Source of the DNA: Polyangiales bacterium
GTDB taxonomy: Bacteria > Myxococcota_A > Polyangia > Polyangiales > JADJQN01
DNA length: 64,000 nucleotides
Assembly (NCBI GenBank): GCA_964202905.1
Contig: CAXNJO010000003.1
Span: forward strand, 160,001 to 224,000
Direction: 5' to 3'
The position numbers and the translations under genes were made by a program. Positions 61,847 to 64,000 of the stretch are shown piece after piece. The stretch's first letter is position 1. The number at the start of each line of letters is the position of its first letter. A model generated the notes under the pieces. It was not told the DNA's origin. It searched no databases and saw only the letters and a list, made by a program, of their open reading frames with translations.

Positions 61847-63448
61847 TCAGAGCCGCAACACCCGCACTGCGCGGCCGTTCGCGGTGGTGTGCGCCTCTTC
61901 GCGCACGCGCTCCTCGAGCGGTGGCGCATCGCTGCGCCGGTCGAAGAGCACGAGGACGCCCGCATCGAGGCCGACCCGCGCGAGGTATTCGTCGAGCTGC
62001 ACGAGCCCCTCGGCGAGCGGGTCTTTGCGCTTGTCGCGCCACACCTTCATCTCGATCGCTTCGCGCTGGAGCTGCTGTTTGCCAGCGGCGTCGGAATACG
62101 GCCATTCGATGAGCAGATCGATGCGGCGGCGGCCAATGCCGTATTCGCGCGACACCACCCCACCACCGTTCACGACGCGTTGCAAATACGCCATCAACAC
62201 GAGTTGCGCGCCGGATTCGGCGTACGTCGCGCCCTCGGTCATCGACTCGCCCTGCTCGAGCCAGAAGGCCGCGAACTCACGCAGCAGAACATCGATGTCG
62301 AAGCGCCCATCCGCGCGCACGAAGCGGCGCGGGTCGGCGGTCACGCTGCTCTGCGCCGACGCCGAGAGCACGCGCGCGATCACCTCGCGGTAGATGTCGT
62401 TCGCGACGCGCAGCGGGGGATTCTTCACGAGCCCGAGGTCGACGACGTAGGAGACATCGTCGTTGAACACCGGGTCGACCGGCGCGAGCTCGCCGGCGAG
62501 CAGCGGCCCGATCACGCGCCGCACGCGCGGCTCGGCGAGTTTGCTCGCGAGCGAGTCGAGGTGCGTCGCGCGGGCGAGGATCAAGCGCTCCTTCGCCGTC
62601 TCGACGTGCGCCCGCTCGATGGGGCCGGTGACGCGCATCTTCGACACGATCTCCCAGGCCAGCGCGTTCACGAGCCACGGCTGGCCACCGGCGAGCTCGG
62701 AGAGACGCGAGAGCGCATCGTCCGAAAGCTCCTGCCCGGTGGCCTCAGTGTGCTGCGCGACGAGCGCACGGACCTCGGCGTCGCTGAACGTTCCGAGCGT
62801 GAGCGACTCGAGCTTCACGTTGAAGGGGCTCGCGGTGCCGAGCCGGTTCGCGTCGCCGCCGCTCGCGAGCTTGTAGTCCCGCACATCGCGCAGGCCGCAC
62901 AGCATCACGGACCAAGGCGCATGGCCCGGCCGCTTCGGGAAGCCCGCGCGGAGCTGCCGCAGCACCGCGATGAGGCTCTGACCGCGCAGCGCGTCGATCT
63001 CGTCGAGCAGCAGCACCACGCGCCGCGGGCAGCGGGCGCACCACGCTGCCAGCACATCGGTGAGCAGCGTCGCCGAGTCGAGCGCGTCGGGGAGCGGACC
63101 GGGACGCAGCGACGCGGGCAGCTGCAGCGCCGCCTCCTCGGCGAGGACGCGCACCAGCGTCTCCTGCGCCGCCACGGTGTCGTCCCCCGCGGCCTCCGCC
63201 GCCTCACAGCTCATGTAGAGCGCGGCGTAGTCCTCGCCTACGGAGAGCGACTTCGCGAAGGCCCGCAGGAACGTCGTCTTCCCCGACTGCCGCGGCGCAT
63301 GGAGGACGAAGTAGCCCCCCATGGCCACGATCCCCGGCGCCTCGGGCACGCGCGGGAGCGGCGGCACCATGTAGTGCTGATGCTCCTCGCACGGCCCCGT
63401 CGTGTTGAAGTACTTCGGGATCGGCGGATAGACGCGCTTCTCGGCCAT
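61847..63448 (-). CDS. AAA-type P-loop ATPase with a C-terminal PD-(D/E)XK nuclease-like domain
   Basis: FNTTGP, APRQSGKTT, LLLDEID, GQPWLVN, and C-terminal REY..G..RIDL..EAIEMK. Confidence 0.82.
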   Translation of the reverse strand: MAEKRVYPPIPKYFNTTGPCEEHQHYMVPPLPRVPEAPGIVAMGGYFVLHAPRQSGKTTFLRAFAKSLSVGEDYAALYMSCEAAEAAGDDTVAAQETLVRVLAEEAALQLPASLRPGPLPDALDSATLLTDVLAAWCARCPRRVVLLLDEIDALRGQSLIAVLRQLRAGFPKRPGHAPWSVMLCGLRDVRDYKLASGGDANRLGTASPFNVKLESLTLGTFSDAEVRALVAQHTEATGQELSDDALSRLSELAGGQPWLVNALAWEIVSKMRVTGPIERAHVETAKERLILARATHLDSLASKLAEPRVRRVIGPLLAGELAPVDPVFNDDVSYVVDLGLVKNPPLRVANDIYREVIARVLSASAQSSVTADPRRFVRADGRFDIDVLLREFAAFWLEQGESMTEGATYAESGAQLVLMAYLQRVVNGGGVVSREYGIGRRRIDLLIEWPYSDAAGKQQLQREAIEMKVWRDKRKDPLAEGLVQLDEYLARVGLDAGVLVLFDRRSDAPPLEERVREEAHTTANGRAVRVLRL

Positions 63449-63641
63449 GACCGCGCGCAGCGTATCACCGCGGAGCGCGAGGTGCCGAGCGACCGGAGGG
63501 AAGGCTTTGCGGCACTGCCAGCGCACACGCCAGTCCGATACGCGCAATGGTCGCACGAGGTGTCGCGCGCCGCTTGCAGGACCACTCCGACATATCGATT
63601 CATCGGAGTGGCCCACCCATCATTCAATTCCTAGAGACGTG

Positions 63642-64000
63642 TCAGTCACCCACATAGAGCCTGAATCCGTAGCCTTCGAGCGTTGGATTGTCGGTGGTCA
63701 CCGTGCAACTGAAGCGACCGGAACTGAGTTCGTTGTAGCCCGTCAGATAGGGCTTATACGACTGACCTGCGCCGGACATGTGCCACACTCCATCAAATGC
63801 GGGGCAGGCGGGCGCATTCTTGTCTGTAATCGTGGACGCGCCTCCAAACAAGAAGTCGTTTTCCAACCCCGGGGACTTGGTGATTGGGAATCCTCCCTCC
63901 GAAAAGGTCGTGACCACATACGAAGAAGAGGATCCAGACAACCCAGCCAATCGCCCGAACGTATACGTGAGCGTATCGGACGCATATGCTGTCAGCACGG
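63642..64000 (-). CDS. 3' end of a hypothetical protein in a lower-GC segment (5' end outside the window)
   Basis: Open frame to the window edge; sampled lines are 53-58% GC. Confidence 0.55.
   Translation of the reverse strand, partial: VLTAYASDTLTYTFGRLAGLSGSSSSYVVTTFSEGGFPITKSPGLENDFLFGGASTITDKNAPACPAFDGVWHMSGAGQSYKPYLTGYNELSSGRFSCTVTTDNPTLEGYGFRLYVGD

Overview
A GC-rich chromosomal region (about 75% GC in sampled lines), most likely from a myxobacterium (Myxococcota). That assignment is inferred from a Ser/Thr kinase, a GltJ/AgmX-like gliding protein, a MYXO-CTERM-like tail and many Cys-rich lipoproteins. The window holds about 55 CDS. These include housekeeping genes (pssA, hpt, comM-recA, hslO, tadA, fbaB, queE, recQ, pip, pcp, two acyl-CoA ligases), several peptidases and many surface lipoproteins. 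A minus-strand stable-RNA cluster at 42.0-46.2 kb carries SRP RNA, all four tRNA-Ser isoacceptors, tRNA-Arg(ACG) and its modifying enzyme TadA. Main leads: (1) an unassigned, highly structured ~220-nt element between tRNA-Arg(ACG) and tadA; (2) short tandem-repeat arrays downstream of three tRNAs; (3) an isolated FliQ/FliR (SctS/SctT) export-gate pair with a candidate sigma54 promoter; (4) a coupled comM-recA pair; (5) eukaryote-like extracellular modules (TIMP-like, PHM-type copper monooxygenase, TSP1-like motifs). Seven genes show single-base frameshifts, best explained as sequencing or assembly indels. No CRISPR array, transposase or integrase was recognised. A lower-GC segment begins at the right edge. 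All calls come from reading the sequence by eye; no searches were run.
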